Positions 40,217 to 50,085 of a stretch of 64,000 bases of DNA are shown one piece after another. The stretch spans positions 480,001 to 544,000 of the forward strand of contig CAWGBN010000006.1 in NCBI GenBank assembly GCA_963820825.1, written 5' to 3'. This DNA comes from Vulcanimicrobiota bacterium (GTDB lineage Bacteria > Vulcanimicrobiota > Vulcanimicrobiia > Vulcanimicrobiales > Vulcanimicrobiaceae). The translations under genes and the position numbers were made by a program. Under the pieces are notes generated by a model, which did not search any database, was not told the DNA's origin, and worked only from the letters and a program-made list of their open reading frames with translations. The first letter of the stretch is position 1, and each line of letters starts with the position of its first letter.

Positions 40217-40570
40217 CTACCCGTGAATGCTGTAGAGTTGCTGCAGTTGGTACGGATTCGCCGTTTGGGTCGTATAGTTGACGTTGATCGTATCGTCGTA
40301 AACCACGGTGATTTTGTTTCCACGCGCTCCGTACTTCACGGTCTCAACCCAGGTTGCCGGATCGCCGCTGATCTGAACGGCGCTCTGCGAGATACTCTGC
40401 ACGGTTTGGGATACCTGAGTCTGGGTACCGCTCTGGCTCTGCCACGCCGGCACGAGATGCGGGAAGCCGCAGTAAAGGGTCCCCGAAGCGCCCTGGAACG
40501 AGAAGACGATCATCACGCCGTCGTCCCACTCAATGGTTACGCCGATCTGCGAGGCGGTCTGCTGGCTCAT
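40217..40570 (-). CDS. Small hypothetical protein upstream of the paralog cluster
   Basis: MSQQTASQ start after strong GGAGG; 117 aa, beta-rich, no signal peptide. Confidence 0.65.
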   Translation of the reverse strand: MSQQTASQIGVTIEWDDGVMIVFSFQGASGTLYCGFPHLVPAWQSQSGTQTQVSQTVQSISQSAVQISGDPATWVETVKYGARGNKITVVYDDTINVNYTTQTANPYQLQQLYSIHG

Positions 40571-40659
40571 ATCTCGACCTCCACAACATGCTGGTTTTCG
40601 AGCAGCATAGCCCACTCGATATCCCGCGAGCAAGCAGTTTTCGACAAAGGCGTACTTCC

Positions 40660-41373
40660 TTATTCTAGGGGTGCCGCTTGCTCAGAACTCGGAGTTTTCC
40701 GAAACCGCTCCCAAAGACCGACCAAACCGGTCGTGATGCTGACCACGATCCCAATAAGTCCAATGTTTGAGGAGATCGGTTCGGGCGGCGTGGGCACGAA
40801 AACGGGGATATCGACCTCGCGTGAGTCCACGACGTGTTGCTGACGGTCTAGGGCTTGCAGGACCATGGTGATCACATGGTTGCCGGGTTCGGTCGCCATC
40901 AAATTCCAGCGCCAAGGCGGAGCCGGAGGAGGTGCTTTTGCGCCGAGGCTGCACTCGGGCGCGAGCAGCGTTTGCCGCGTGCGCGCCGCGTCGCCAATTC
41001 TGTCAACGGTGAAGCCGGGTGCGTCGACGAGTACTTGATAGGCCACGATCGTGCTGCCGGAGCATCCGGTTCCCGTCGTCAGCGGTCGCAACGCCAGCGT
41101 AATCGTTTCGTACAGGGCAATCGACTCAGGGTCTTTGACGATATCCTGGGGCCCGTTGGGGAGCCACTTACTGCCGTCGATTTGGGTCGTAATATCGTTG
41201 AATGGCGGCTGCGTCAACGCGATCTCCACCGAGTTGAAGCGGTACGCCTTAGCCGCGAGCTGTATGTCCCGGTCGTAGAGCCACCAGCGCACCCCCACAA
41301 TGCCTGCCACGATCGCGGCGATCGCGGCGATCGCGAACCAGATGCGCGACGACGACCGCCGTGGAGAGACCAT
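40660..41373 (-). CDS. Hypothetical membrane protein
   Basis: N-terminal and C-terminal hydrophobic helices around a soluble beta domain. Confidence 0.6.
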   Translation of the reverse strand: MVSPRRSSSRIWFAIAAIAAIVAGIVGVRWWLYDRDIQLAAKAYRFNSVEIALTQPPFNDITTQIDGSKWLPNGPQDIVKDPESIALYETITLALRPLTTGTGCSGSTIVAYQVLVDAPGFTVDRIGDAARTRQTLLAPECSLGAKAPPPAPPWRWNLMATEPGNHVITMVLQALDRQQHVVDSREVDIPVFVPTPPEPISSNIGLIGIVVSITTGLVGLWERFRKTPSSEQAAPLE

Positions 41374-41384
41374 CGAACGATCCC

Positions 41385-41810
41385 TTACGCCGCGTCGACG
41401 TAGCAGCTAACGGATTGGACTGCGCTTCCCGTCGAAGCGAACGGCGAGACGAACTTCAGCGTGCTTCCCGAGGAGCGCAAGACCCCGTATTGGGAAACGG
41501 CCGAACTGCCGTTGCGCAGGGCACAGCGAAAGCGTACCGCGGTTGCGCCGGCGGGAGCGGTATACTTCAGCGTAACGTTGACGAAGTAGTTCACATTGCC
41601 GGCCGGAGACGGCTCGAGCACGAAGGAACAGCTCGTGATTGCGACGCCGTGGCCGCTTCCGGAGTCGGAACATGGCATCGGCGGTGCCGGCGATCCGGCG
41701 GCACGAGCGGGGAGGGAGGCAATCGCACCCGTTCCGAGCGCCACCGCCGCCACGACCGCCGGCAGCCGGCGTGCTAGGTAAAGTAATATCGCGATCATCA
41801 TCTTTACCAT
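41385..41810 (-). CDS. Hypothetical secreted protein
   Basis: Signal-like segment ending PARAA; small Cys-containing beta domain; start uncertain. Confidence 0.55.
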   Translation of the reverse strand: MVKMMIAILLYLARRLPAVVAAVALGTGAIASLPARAAGSPAPPMPCSDSGSGHGVAITSCSFVLEPSPAGNVNYFVNVTLKYTAPAGATAVRFRCALRNGSSAVSQYGVLRSSGSTLKFVSPFASTGSAVQSVSCYVDAA

Positions 41811-41916
41811 GTATTCTAGCGTCAGGAGATTATGAACTTCAAGCAAACGGAGAGTCCCACACCTCTCCAAAAAGTCGTCGACCCGAAGTCGGGCTTGGCG
41901 CTCATTCGGCGCTAGC

Positions 41917-42624
41917 GTGTTTGCAAACAGCGATCCGGCAAAGCGCGCGGTGGGCTACGCCGCGGTCGACCGCTTCGTTCGCGACGGCGCGTGCATCGGG
42001 CTTGGAACCGGCACGACCGCATACTGGGCGATCGAACGCGTCGGGCAACGTGTCGCTGCGGGGGAGAAGATCTCCGCGGTTCCTACCTCGAGCGAGACCG
42101 AACGACTCTGCCGTCAACTGGGAATCCCGATTGCGGCGCTGCTGGATCGACCGATGGCAATCGCGATCGACGGGGCGGACGAAGTCGCGCCCGATTGGTC
42201 GCTGACGAAGGGCGGCGGCGGCGCGCTCTTTCGCGAGAAGGTCGTGGCATTCTCGGCCGAGCGATACGTCGTGATCGTTACCGAAGCGAAGCTCGTTCCC
42301 GCCTTGGGCCGCTTTCCGCTGCCGGTCGAGATCGTCCAGTATGCCGCGCCGTACGTTCGGCGCGAGATCGAGCGGTGTTTGGCCGGCGTCGAGGTGAAGC
42401 GGCGCGAAACCGGCGGAGAGCCCTTCGTAACCGACAATGGGAACTGGATCTTCGATTGCCACTTCGGGCGAATCGAGGATCCGCCAACCCTCGACGCGGC
42501 CTTGCGCGCCGTTTCCGGCGTCGTTGCGACGGGGATCTTCGCCGGTATAGCAGACGAAGTGCTGGTCGGCGACGACAACGGCCAAGTCCGCTCGCTCCCT
42601 CGCGTGAAGACTTTGAGAAACTAG
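41917..42624 (+). CDS. rpiA: Ribose-5-phosphate isomerase A
   Basis: GLGTGTT, IDGADEV, KGGGGALFREK, VTDNGN. Confidence 0.95.
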   Translation: MFANSDPAKRAVGYAAVDRFVRDGACIGLGTGTTAYWAIERVGQRVAAGEKISAVPTSSETERLCRQLGIPIAALLDRPMAIAIDGADEVAPDWSLTKGGGGALFREKVVAFSAERYVVIVTEAKLVPALGRFPLPVEIVQYAAPYVRREIERCLAGVEVKRRETGGEPFVTDNGNWIFDCHFGRIEDPPTLDAALRAVSGVVATGIFAGIADEVLVGDDNGQVRSLPRVKTLRN

Positions 42625-42693
42625 CTTCACGAGCTATTCTCAGGCTCGGCATAGCATGGCGCCCAGAGTCTACCTAAAACGGGAGCGAGTACC

Positions 42694-44070
42694 ATGCTGA
42701 TTCCGAACGACAGATATACCGGCCGCATTTGCGCGGCGTTGCTCGCGGCGAGCGCCGCATCACTCTCCGGGTGCTACAGCGCAGCCGTATCGGGCATGCC
42801 GCCTTCGGCACCGATCAACGCGCTGCGCAAAACGGCGAGCCCGATCAAGCACGTGGTCTTCATCATTCAGGAGAACCGGTCGTTCAACAATCTCTTCATG
42901 GGCTATCCCGGCACGGCCACGCAGAGCTACGGCTACGATACCTCCGGCAATAAGATCGACTTGCAACCCGAAGATCTCTCGACCATCTGGGATATCGACC
43001 ACTCCGCGAACGCCTTCTTCGCCGCGTGCGACGGAACGGGGAGCCTGCCGGGAACCGATTGCAAGATGGACGGCTGGAACAACGAGATTTCGACGCTGCA
43101 TCACCCCCCGAACCCCGCCTACTCCTACGTGCCGCGAAACCAGATCACGCCGTATTGGACGATGGCGCAGCGATACGTCCTCTCCGACGAAAACTTTACT
43201 TCGAGCCTCGATGCGAGCTTTTCGTCGCATCAGTACGCCGTCGCGGCATACGCGCACCGTGCGGTGAATGGCCCGAGCGGCGACTGGGGTTGCGAGGGCG
43301 ACAAGAGCGACACGATTGCAACGCTCACCGATGCGCGTACGTACGGTCCACGCGTCGCGCCGTGTTTCGACTCTCCGACGCTCGGGCGCGAGGCAGACAA
43401 GGCGGGACTGACGTGGCGCTTTTACGCCGAGGCGGTCGGCGACCTCGGCGGTATGTGGTCTGCATATCAAGCCGACCGCGAAGTCTATAAAGGCGCCGAT
43501 TGGACGAGGAACGTCATCAGCCCGTCGTCACGCTTCCTGACCGACGTCGCAAACGGCCAACTGGCGAACATCACCTGGATCACGCCGACCTTTGCCGCGT
43601 CGGATCATGCCGGTTTTCTCGCCGGCGAGGGACCGGCATGGGTCGCCTCGCTCGTCGACGCGATTGGGAAGAGCAAGTATTGGAAGAGCACGGCAATCTT
43701 CATTACCTGGGACGACTGGGGCGGATTCTTCGATCCGGTTCAACCGGTCTTCATGGATTACGACGGACTCGGTTTTCGCGTACCGCTCATCGTCGTGTCA
43801 CCCTATGCGAAAAAAGGATCGGTCACGCACGTCCAATACGAAACGGCCAGCGTGCTGCGCTTCATCGAAGGTAACTTCGGCTTGCGGCAGCTCGGCGCCA
43901 GCGATACGCGCGCGAACGATCCGGGAAAGGATCCCGCGATCTTCGATTTCCAGCAGCCGCCGCGGAAGTTCAAGAAGATTCCGGGGGCGCAGCCGTCGCA
44001 GTTTTGGGAGCGGTTGGAGCGCTCGTCACGAACGCGTTACAAATCGGTAGAGATCCTCGGCAGCGATTAG
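42694..44070 (+). CDS. Phosphoesterase / phospholipase C-like lipoprotein
   Basis: IKHVVFIIQENRSFNN, ITWDDWGGFFD, GFRVPLIVVSPYAK; LSGC lipobox. Confidence 0.9.
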   Translation: MLIPNDRYTGRICAALLAASAASLSGCYSAAVSGMPPSAPINALRKTASPIKHVVFIIQENRSFNNLFMGYPGTATQSYGYDTSGNKIDLQPEDLSTIWDIDHSANAFFAACDGTGSLPGTDCKMDGWNNEISTLHHPPNPAYSYVPRNQITPYWTMAQRYVLSDENFTSSLDASFSSHQYAVAAYAHRAVNGPSGDWGCEGDKSDTIATLTDARTYGPRVAPCFDSPTLGREADKAGLTWRFYAEAVGDLGGMWSAYQADREVYKGADWTRNVISPSSRFLTDVANGQLANITWITPTFAASDHAGFLAGEGPAWVASLVDAIGKSKYWKSTAIFITWDDWGGFFDPVQPVFMDYDGLGFRVPLIVVSPYAKKGSVTHVQYETASVLRFIEGNFGLRQLGASDTRANDPGKDPAIFDFQQPPRKFKKIPGAQPSQFWERLERSSRTRYKSVEILGSD

Positions 44071-44261
44071 ACGATGTCGTCCGGCTCGCCGTGGTGCTCG
44101 TCCCGTTGGTCGCCGCGATTCTCGTCGGCGGTACTCTCGCCGTACTTATCTTCCTCGGCGCGCACCGCTCGCGCGGGATCGACGGGTTGCTCCTCGCGCG
44201 GCACGACGTCGGGCGCAATAACGTCGTCGTCCGTATCCCGATAGGGTAATCCGCTGCTCAT
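44067..44261 (-). CDS. Small acidic hypothetical protein
   Basis: 64-aa acidic ORF filling the intergenic space; weak support. Confidence 0.35.
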   Translation of the reverse strand: MSSGLPYRDTDDDVIAPDVVPREEQPVDPARAVRAEEDKYGESTADENRGDQRDEHHGEPDDIV

Positions 44262-44378
44262 GCTCTTCACTCTACCCGATTCGACCGTCCGGCTCCGGCG
44301 TCTCCTGCAGGGATGATTATCGGGAGGAAGGAAAGCCGCCACCTGCTTACTTCGCATTCGCTAGGGAGAGAGAACCGC

Positions 44379-44783
44379 ATGAAATCTTTCGGTCGCCTGT
44401 TCGCGGTGGCGCTCGTGGGCATCGCTGCCGCAACGGCATCGATGGCGCCGGCGCAAGCCGCCGCGCCGATCCTCATTAAGAGCTGCACCGTCAACAAACC
44501 GAAGCCGCTCAGCCATCAGGCGAGCGGCACGCACATTGTCTACGTCAACCTCGGCAAAAAGACGGCGGCGAGCGTGACGTTCTTGGTCGGCTATCGTAAC
44601 GCGCAGAGCCACTATCTGCGCCGCGTGGAGGACGTCGGTTCCTTCGCGCCCGGTGCGACGATCGATCACACTCTCAGCCTCTACAACGACGTCACCTATT
44701 CCGGCGCACAGACGAGTCAGTGCGCGGCGATCGAGGTGAAGTGGGCCGGCGGCACCATTTGGATGGCGCCATCCTCGCACTAA
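44379..44783 (+). CDS. Hypothetical secreted protein
   Basis: MKSFGRLF..APAQAA signal peptide; GSFAPGATIDH; followed by a terminator. Confidence 0.7.
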   Translation: MKSFGRLFAVALVGIAAATASMAPAQAAAPILIKSCTVNKPKPLSHQASGTHIVYVNLGKKTAASVTFLVGYRNAQSHYLRRVEDVGSFAPGATIDHTLSLYNDVTYSGAQTSQCAAIEVKWAGGTIWMAPSSH

Positions 44784-44802
44784 CGTTCTAGCAGGGAACA
44801 GC

Positions 44803-44838
44803 AAGAGGCCGGTCGCTCGGATCGGCCCCTTCTTTTTT
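44803..44838 (+). terminator. Rho-independent terminator
   Basis: GGCCGGTC-GCTCG-GATCGGCC stem then CTTCTTTTTT. Confidence 0.7.
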
Positions 44839-44844
44839 GGCGGG

Positions 44845-45519
44845 ATGGCTTTCTCGGCTGTCGAAGCGCGAAGCGTGCGCGTCGGATTGCGGACGATCGT
44901 CTCCCTCGCATTGTGCGCCGCAGCCGCCGGGGCGGCGATCGCCCATCTTGCGATCGACGTCGTCGGCGACTACGTTCTCGCCAGCGACAGCTACGACCAT
45001 CTTCGCCACGGCTCGCGCGAGCTGCTTACCGGCATCGCGCTCATCGTCGCCGCCGTTCTGGCGGCGCAAGGGCTGCGGATCTGCTGCGAGATTGCGTCCA
45101 AAAACCGGACCCGTTTGCTTCGCCCGTCGCTCCCACTGCCGGAGACCATCGGTATGCTTGCCGGCGCGGCAACGGCGAGCCTCGCGATCGTGCCCGGCAT
45201 GGAGTATCTCGACGGGCGGCTCGACGGTATGCCGGTGCGCGGCATCGCCGACGCATTCGGCGGTTCGATTCCGCTCGGTTTGGCCACAACACTGGCCTGC
45301 GCCACGCTCGTCGCCATCTCGGTTTACGCCTTCGCTCGCTGGTTGATCTCGCATCGCGATTCCGTCGCGACGATCATCGAGACGCTCTTGCGCCGCAGCG
45401 TCGAGAACGATCGGCCGCAAGAGTACGACCTCACTGCGCAGCGGGTAATGGTCCGCCGGCGCACTCCCAACGCGCTTCGCCTCGCTAAGCGCGGACCTCC
45501 TCAGACTCGCTTCGCGTAG
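44845..45519 (+). CDS. Membrane protein with C-terminal RGPP motif (putative arrest-peptide leader)
   Basis: About four TM segments, His cluster AHLAID..DHLRHG, ends RLAKRGPPQTRFA, 42 bp before the TBDR. Confidence 0.65.
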   Translation: MAFSAVEARSVRVGLRTIVSLALCAAAAGAAIAHLAIDVVGDYVLASDSYDHLRHGSRELLTGIALIVAAVLAAQGLRICCEIASKNRTRLLRPSLPLPETIGMLAGAATASLAIVPGMEYLDGRLDGMPVRGIADAFGGSIPLGLATTLACATLVAISVYAFARWLISHRDSVATIIETLLRRSVENDRPQEYDLTAQRVMVRRRTPNALRLAKRGPPQTRFA

Positions 45520-45561
45520 CCAACCCCAAACAACCGAAGCACTCGTCTACAGGAGCACTCC

Positions 45562-48147
45562 ATGGGAATTCCAGTCGCATGCGTTCGCGCGTGCGTTTCC
45601 TTAGCACTCGCGGCCGCCATTTCAACGGCCGGCATCGGCATCGCGCAAGCGCAGAGCGCTGCGCTCGACGTTACCGGCTCGGTAACGGCAAACGACGGAA
45701 CGCCGATCGCCGGAGCATCGGTCGTCCTCTCATCGTCGGGAGCGTCGCAGGGCGCTCGAAGCGACGCGAGCGGTCACTTCGTCATTCACAACCTGCGCCC
45801 GGGCACGTACGCGCTCCACGCCGCCGCGCCCGGATACGAAACGATTTCGCAACGCACCGTTACGGTCGATTTCGTCAGCGCGACGCTCACCGTCACGCTC
45901 TCGCCGGCGACGACGAACTCACTCACCGTCATCGGCGAGGTGCGAGCCTCCGCCGGTGAAACGGTTTCCACCGCGTCGGCTCCAAGCGTCACGCTCAGCG
46001 CGCAAGACGCCGCCGCCGCCGGGGTGACGAGTGCGGGAGCGATGATCTGGCCGCAACTCTCGGTAACGCCGGTCATTCCGTTGGGCGGCGGCAGCAACGC
46101 AACGCAGACGTTTGCCGTGCGGGGTCCGGACCCGACCGAAACGTTAGTGGACATCGACGGGCATCAAATGAACAACGGCAACACCGGCGACTTTGATCTT
46201 TCACTGCTCGATCCGGCGGCGTTGCAAGAAGTGCAGGTCATATACGGCATCGCTCCGTCGTCGCTGATCGGTCCGAATACGATCGGCGGCGGAGTCAACA
46301 TCCTCACGCTGCAGCCGAGCATCGCTCCGCATTCGCTGCTCCGCTTCTTCGGTGGATCGTACGGCACGTTCGGTGGAACGGTGCAGACTACGGGAACGGA
46401 CGATCGCTTCGGCTACGCCGTCTCGCTTCACGCCACCAGTTCGCTCGGCTCGGTGAATCAAACCGTGGTGGCGCCGCCGCCGGGTGGAACGCCGCCGGGC
46501 CCAGGCGGCGACGCGCGTCCGCTCGACGATCAGGAGGAGACGCCGCAACAAGTCGGCAGCAGTTCGTATGGCAACTCCATTCTGACCAAGCTGCGCTATC
46601 AACTCGGCGGCCCGACCGGCTACGGCTACATCCAATTCAATTTCCGCAACGAGAACGTCAGCAAAGACGAGTCGGCTCTGCTCACCAACTACACGCCTCC
46701 GGGCTTTAGCGGCGGCGGTGGCGACGCGCTCCATTTCGGGGCGGCCCGGCCGCTCGACGACGACGAAACGACCAGCGGCTATCAGAGCTTCGCCGGGACG
46801 TGGCTCCAGGCGCATCAGTCCAACTATGGATTCGACGCGCAAGTGCCGTTGGGAGGCGCGCAGGTGAACGGCGCGCCGGCAACGCTCCTGCAGTTCAGCC
46901 ACCTGACGTCGGTCGCCTCACAGTCGGTCGCCGGTCCGGGTGCCGAGACGATGCAGTATCTCTACAATCAGCGCGATCTGCTCGGCGACGATTGGCTCGA
47001 GGTCGATCAGCACTTCAACACCGGGATGCTTTCGTTCAAGTACGATCTCGGTACGGAGAGCCTGACGACCAACTACGTGCAAGGGCAGGTCGTCGCCGAG
47101 GCTCGTCCGATCGGCGGCGGTTTTGGGCCGACCGGCCCGGCGGTGGCGCCTGCACTGATACTGCCGGCAGTTCAGCCGCCGATTCAAACACTCGGACTCT
47201 CGCAGACCGAGCGCTCCGCCGTGTTACGATACAACGGCGACCCGACCAGCCACATTCACTATTCCATTGCGGCATATCAAAGCAACTTCAGCACGTTCGG
47301 AACGAGCTTCGATCCGCGCGCCGGTTTCGTCTGGACGCCGACGGGGAACACCGCGGTGCGCGCTTCGGTCGGTACGACCTTCCAGACGCCGCAGCTCTCC
47401 GAACTCGTGGTGCCGCCGCCGCAGGATCGGGTTCCCGTTGGGGGCGTGATCTACACCGGCAACCCGAATCTGCAGCCCGATCATGCAACCGATTACGACC
47501 TGGGCATGGAGCAGATCTTTGGAAAAGCGCATCATCCGCTGCACCTCTCGATGGATCTCTACCAGACGAATCTGCGCTCGCCGTCGAGCCAGCTCAACGT
47601 CATTCCGGTCCCGCATTGCGAACATAAGCACGTGCCGTGTCCGATCAGCATGCCGGTCAACGCCGGCAACGGCGTCTATCGCGGGATCGACGTTCACGCC
47701 GATCAACAACTCGGCGGCGACTTCCACATTCGCGCGGGATGGGACGTCGACAGCTCGTTTTTGACCGTGATTCCGGTCTCCGTCCAAGACGGAACGCTCG
47801 CCGCCGGAGAGCAGTCGCTTGGGCAACCCCTGCACAAGGCCTATCTGGCGGTCGAAGAGCAGCCGCCGCAGGGCTTGAACTACGGCGCCGAGCTCAACTA
47901 CGAGGGCTGGTACAACGAGCTGAACCGCTCGCCGTATGCAACCCTCAACGCGCACGTCGCCTACACGCACGACGGTTTCGAGTACGGTCTGTACGGAACG
48001 AACCTCACGAACGTTTACGCCGACCCGTTCACGGTCGTCGGCGGCGGATTCGTCTATGGCGGAATCCCGGGCGCTCCGGTCATTCCGACCAATTCGTTCG
48101 TCTTGCAGGGCGCTCAAGTCATCTTCGTCGTGACGAAGTCAATCTAG
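45562..48147 (+). CDS. TonB-dependent receptor with N-terminal carboxypeptidase-regulatory-like domain
   Basis: Signal peptide; GTPIAGASV..GTYAL; plug VRG..TLVDIDG, IGGGVNI; FDPRAG, NPNLQPD, NLTN. Confidence 0.9.
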   Translation: MGIPVACVRACVSLALAAAISTAGIGIAQAQSAALDVTGSVTANDGTPIAGASVVLSSSGASQGARSDASGHFVIHNLRPGTYALHAAAPGYETISQRTVTVDFVSATLTVTLSPATTNSLTVIGEVRASAGETVSTASAPSVTLSAQDAAAAGVTSAGAMIWPQLSVTPVIPLGGGSNATQTFAVRGPDPTETLVDIDGHQMNNGNTGDFDLSLLDPAALQEVQVIYGIAPSSLIGPNTIGGGVNILTLQPSIAPHSLLRFFGGSYGTFGGTVQTTGTDDRFGYAVSLHATSSLGSVNQTVVAPPPGGTPPGPGGDARPLDDQEETPQQVGSSSYGNSILTKLRYQLGGPTGYGYIQFNFRNENVSKDESALLTNYTPPGFSGGGGDALHFGAARPLDDDETTSGYQSFAGTWLQAHQSNYGFDAQVPLGGAQVNGAPATLLQFSHLTSVASQSVAGPGAETMQYLYNQRDLLGDDWLEVDQHFNTGMLSFKYDLGTESLTTNYVQGQVVAEARPIGGGFGPTGPAVAPALILPAVQPPIQTLGLSQTERSAVLRYNGDPTSHIHYSIAAYQSNFSTFGTSFDPRAGFVWTPTGNTAVRASVGTTFQTPQLSELVVPPPQDRVPVGGVIYTGNPNLQPDHATDYDLGMEQIFGKAHHPLHLSMDLYQTNLRSPSSQLNVIPVPHCEHKHVPCPISMPVNAGNGVYRGIDVHADQQLGGDFHIRAGWDVDSSFLTVIPVSVQDGTLAAGEQSLGQPLHKAYLAVEEQPPQGLNYGAELNYEGWYNELNRSPYATLNAHVAYTHDGFEYGLYGTNLTNVYADPFTVVGGGFVYGGIPGAPVIPTNSFVLQGAQVIFVVTKSI

Positions 48148-48292
48148 CACGGAGCGCACGGCAGATGTCCGACGAGACGATTAAAGTGACGTTCCAGATC
48201 AGGCCGACCGCGAAGGGCCGGCTTCTCGCGCCGAACTTCATCGACGCACTCGAAACCGACGTGAAGGAGGCGCCTAGGGCGATCGCGCGCTC

Positions 48293-49108
48293 TTAGAAGA
48301 GCATCGTCTGAAAATCGCCGACGCGCTCGAAGCCGACGCGCCGGTAGAGTGCGATCGCGCGTTCGTTGAAGTCGTTGACGTAGAGCGAAAGCGTCGGCGA
48401 AACGTCGAGCATCCGATCGCAGAGCGCGGCGAGCGAACGGGTCGCAAGGCCGCGCCCTCGCAACTCCTCCGGCGTCCAGATTCCCTGTAGCTGAATCGTC
48501 TTGGTGCACCAGGGGCCGATGTTGCAGAAGAAGCAGATGCGGCCGTCGGCTACGCCCACCCACCATAAGTTTCGTTCGATCATTTCGCGAATGCCCGCGC
48601 CGAACTCCGGAGCGCCGCGCCGGGGATCGTAGGCGAGTTCCTGCCGGACCATCTCGGCCGAGCTTTCGGCGACGGCACGCCATTCGTCGAGGCCCGCGTG
48701 CCGCACGGTTATTCCGCGGCGCTCGTGGCGGCGCAGGTTGGCGCGATCGACCATCATTACGTATTGGCGATCGCGTACCAGGCGCGGCGGAGCGTGCCAC
48801 GCGCGAACGGCCTGCCAGTATTGCGCAACGGTCTCGCGCGGTCCGACGATCATGCGTTCGCCGCGATGGCGTCTGGCGTATTCACCGAAATCGCCGACGA
48901 CCGCCGGTTCGGCGGCGAGCACGAGTTGACGTCCCCAGTAGGCGACGCCCAGCACCTTCCCGCGCTCGAGCGCAACCGCAACGTGCTTTCGTTCGGAGAG
49001 CGACGGATTGTGCAAGAGCACGTGAGAGAGGAAGACGTTGAGATATGGCGAGCGCGCGAGATACTTCAATGCCGGCGCTCGCGTCGCCTCAGAAATTGAT
49101 TCGATCAC
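48293..49108 (-). CDS. GNAT acetyltransferase
   Basis: IWTPEELRGRGLAT, LYVNDFNERAIALYRRVGF; GTG start overlapping upstream stop. Confidence 0.85.
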   Translation of the reverse strand: MIESISEATRAPALKYLARSPYLNVFLSHVLLHNPSLSERKHVAVALERGKVLGVAYWGRQLVLAAEPAVVGDFGEYARRHRGERMIVGPRETVAQYWQAVRAWHAPPRLVRDRQYVMMVDRANLRRHERRGITVRHAGLDEWRAVAESSAEMVRQELAYDPRRGAPEFGAGIREMIERNLWWVGVADGRICFFCNIGPWCTKTIQLQGIWTPEELRGRGLATRSLAALCDRMLDVSPTLSLYVNDFNERAIALYRRVGFERVGDFQTMLF

Positions 49109-49614
49109 GGAGCGGAGAGATTTGCGTCCATCAGCGGTTTGCTCGTCGGTTCTTTGCTGCCCCCATCGGGCTCGAGGGTGACGGAAACCTCGGCGGTCGA
49201 ACGCGCGTCGGCAGGGAGAACGATCAGCGCGACGCCGCGCGCATCGGGCAAGAAGGTGGGCGATGCCAGCGGTTTGGTCGATCCTTTTGGCGTCGTCCAC
49301 GCTTGATAGACCTTGCCGTGCGGCGGTTCCGGCACCGCCCGCAGCGCGAGGTAGATCCGGCTCCCGTGCGTGACGACTTCGCCTGCACCGAACTGATAGT
49401 GGCGAGCGTGCGTATCGAGCACGTCGAAGAGCGCGGTGCGTTCGCCGGCCAGGTTGCGAGCGAGCGCAATCGATCGCTCGGAGAGATGGGCGAGCTCCCG
49501 CTGCTGCTGTTTGATCTGTCCGAGCAGCGAGATGTTCGCAATCGACGAAATCAATGCGATCGCGAAGCAGGCTGCGGCGACGAGATATACCGGCCATGCC
49601 GTTGCGGACTTCAC
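49105..49614 (-). CDS. RskA-like anti-sigma factor domain protein
   Basis: TM helix then PPHGKVYQAW and VSVTLEPDGGSKEPT. Confidence 0.75.
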   Translation of the reverse strand: MKSATAWPVYLVAAACFAIALISSIANISLLGQIKQQQRELAHLSERSIALARNLAGERTALFDVLDTHARHYQFGAGEVVTHGSRIYLALRAVPEPPHGKVYQAWTTPKGSTKPLASPTFLPDARGVALIVLPADARSTAEVSVTLEPDGGSKEPTSKPLMDANLSAP

Positions 49615-49677
49615 CTAAAGTATCTTCCCATGGCATCTTCGAGGCCCTCCGCCGGGCCACGTCGTAAGTCTGCCGCC

Positions 49678-50085
49678 ATGGAAGCGCTCGACGAGCTGCG
49701 GGCAAAGATCGCCGATTTTCCGGGCTATGGCGACGACCTCAAGTTGCGCCGCTCCGACGAATACGTTCGCGCGTATCTCGGGGAGGCACTGGCCGGGATC
49801 GGTACGCGCTGCGAGCTGGCGCCCGACGTGCGCCAGCGCCTCGACGACCTGCTGCTGCGCGTCGAGTTCGCCGATGCGCGTGCGTTTGCGACGCACCGCG
49901 TCGCGGGAGCGAGCGAACCGCGCGACGGCGTCCACGCCGTAGCGGAGGCGGACGTCGCGACCGTCGCACTCGCCGATCGCGCGGCATCGATCGATGGAGT
50001 ATCGGCGCCGCTTTTCTTCGACGACGTCGTCGCCGTTCTCGGCGAGCGCGACGCGGCGATCCGCGCCGCCATGAAGATGGCGTAG
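49678..50085 (+). CDS. Hypothetical protein
   Basis: Helical ORF abutting the GH20 start; start may be 49630. Confidence 0.55.
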   Translation: MEALDELRAKIADFPGYGDDLKLRRSDEYVRAYLGEALAGIGTRCELAPDVRQRLDDLLLRVEFADARAFATHRVAGASEPRDGVHAVAEADVATVALADRAASIDGVSAPLFFDDVVAVLGERDAAIRAAMKMA

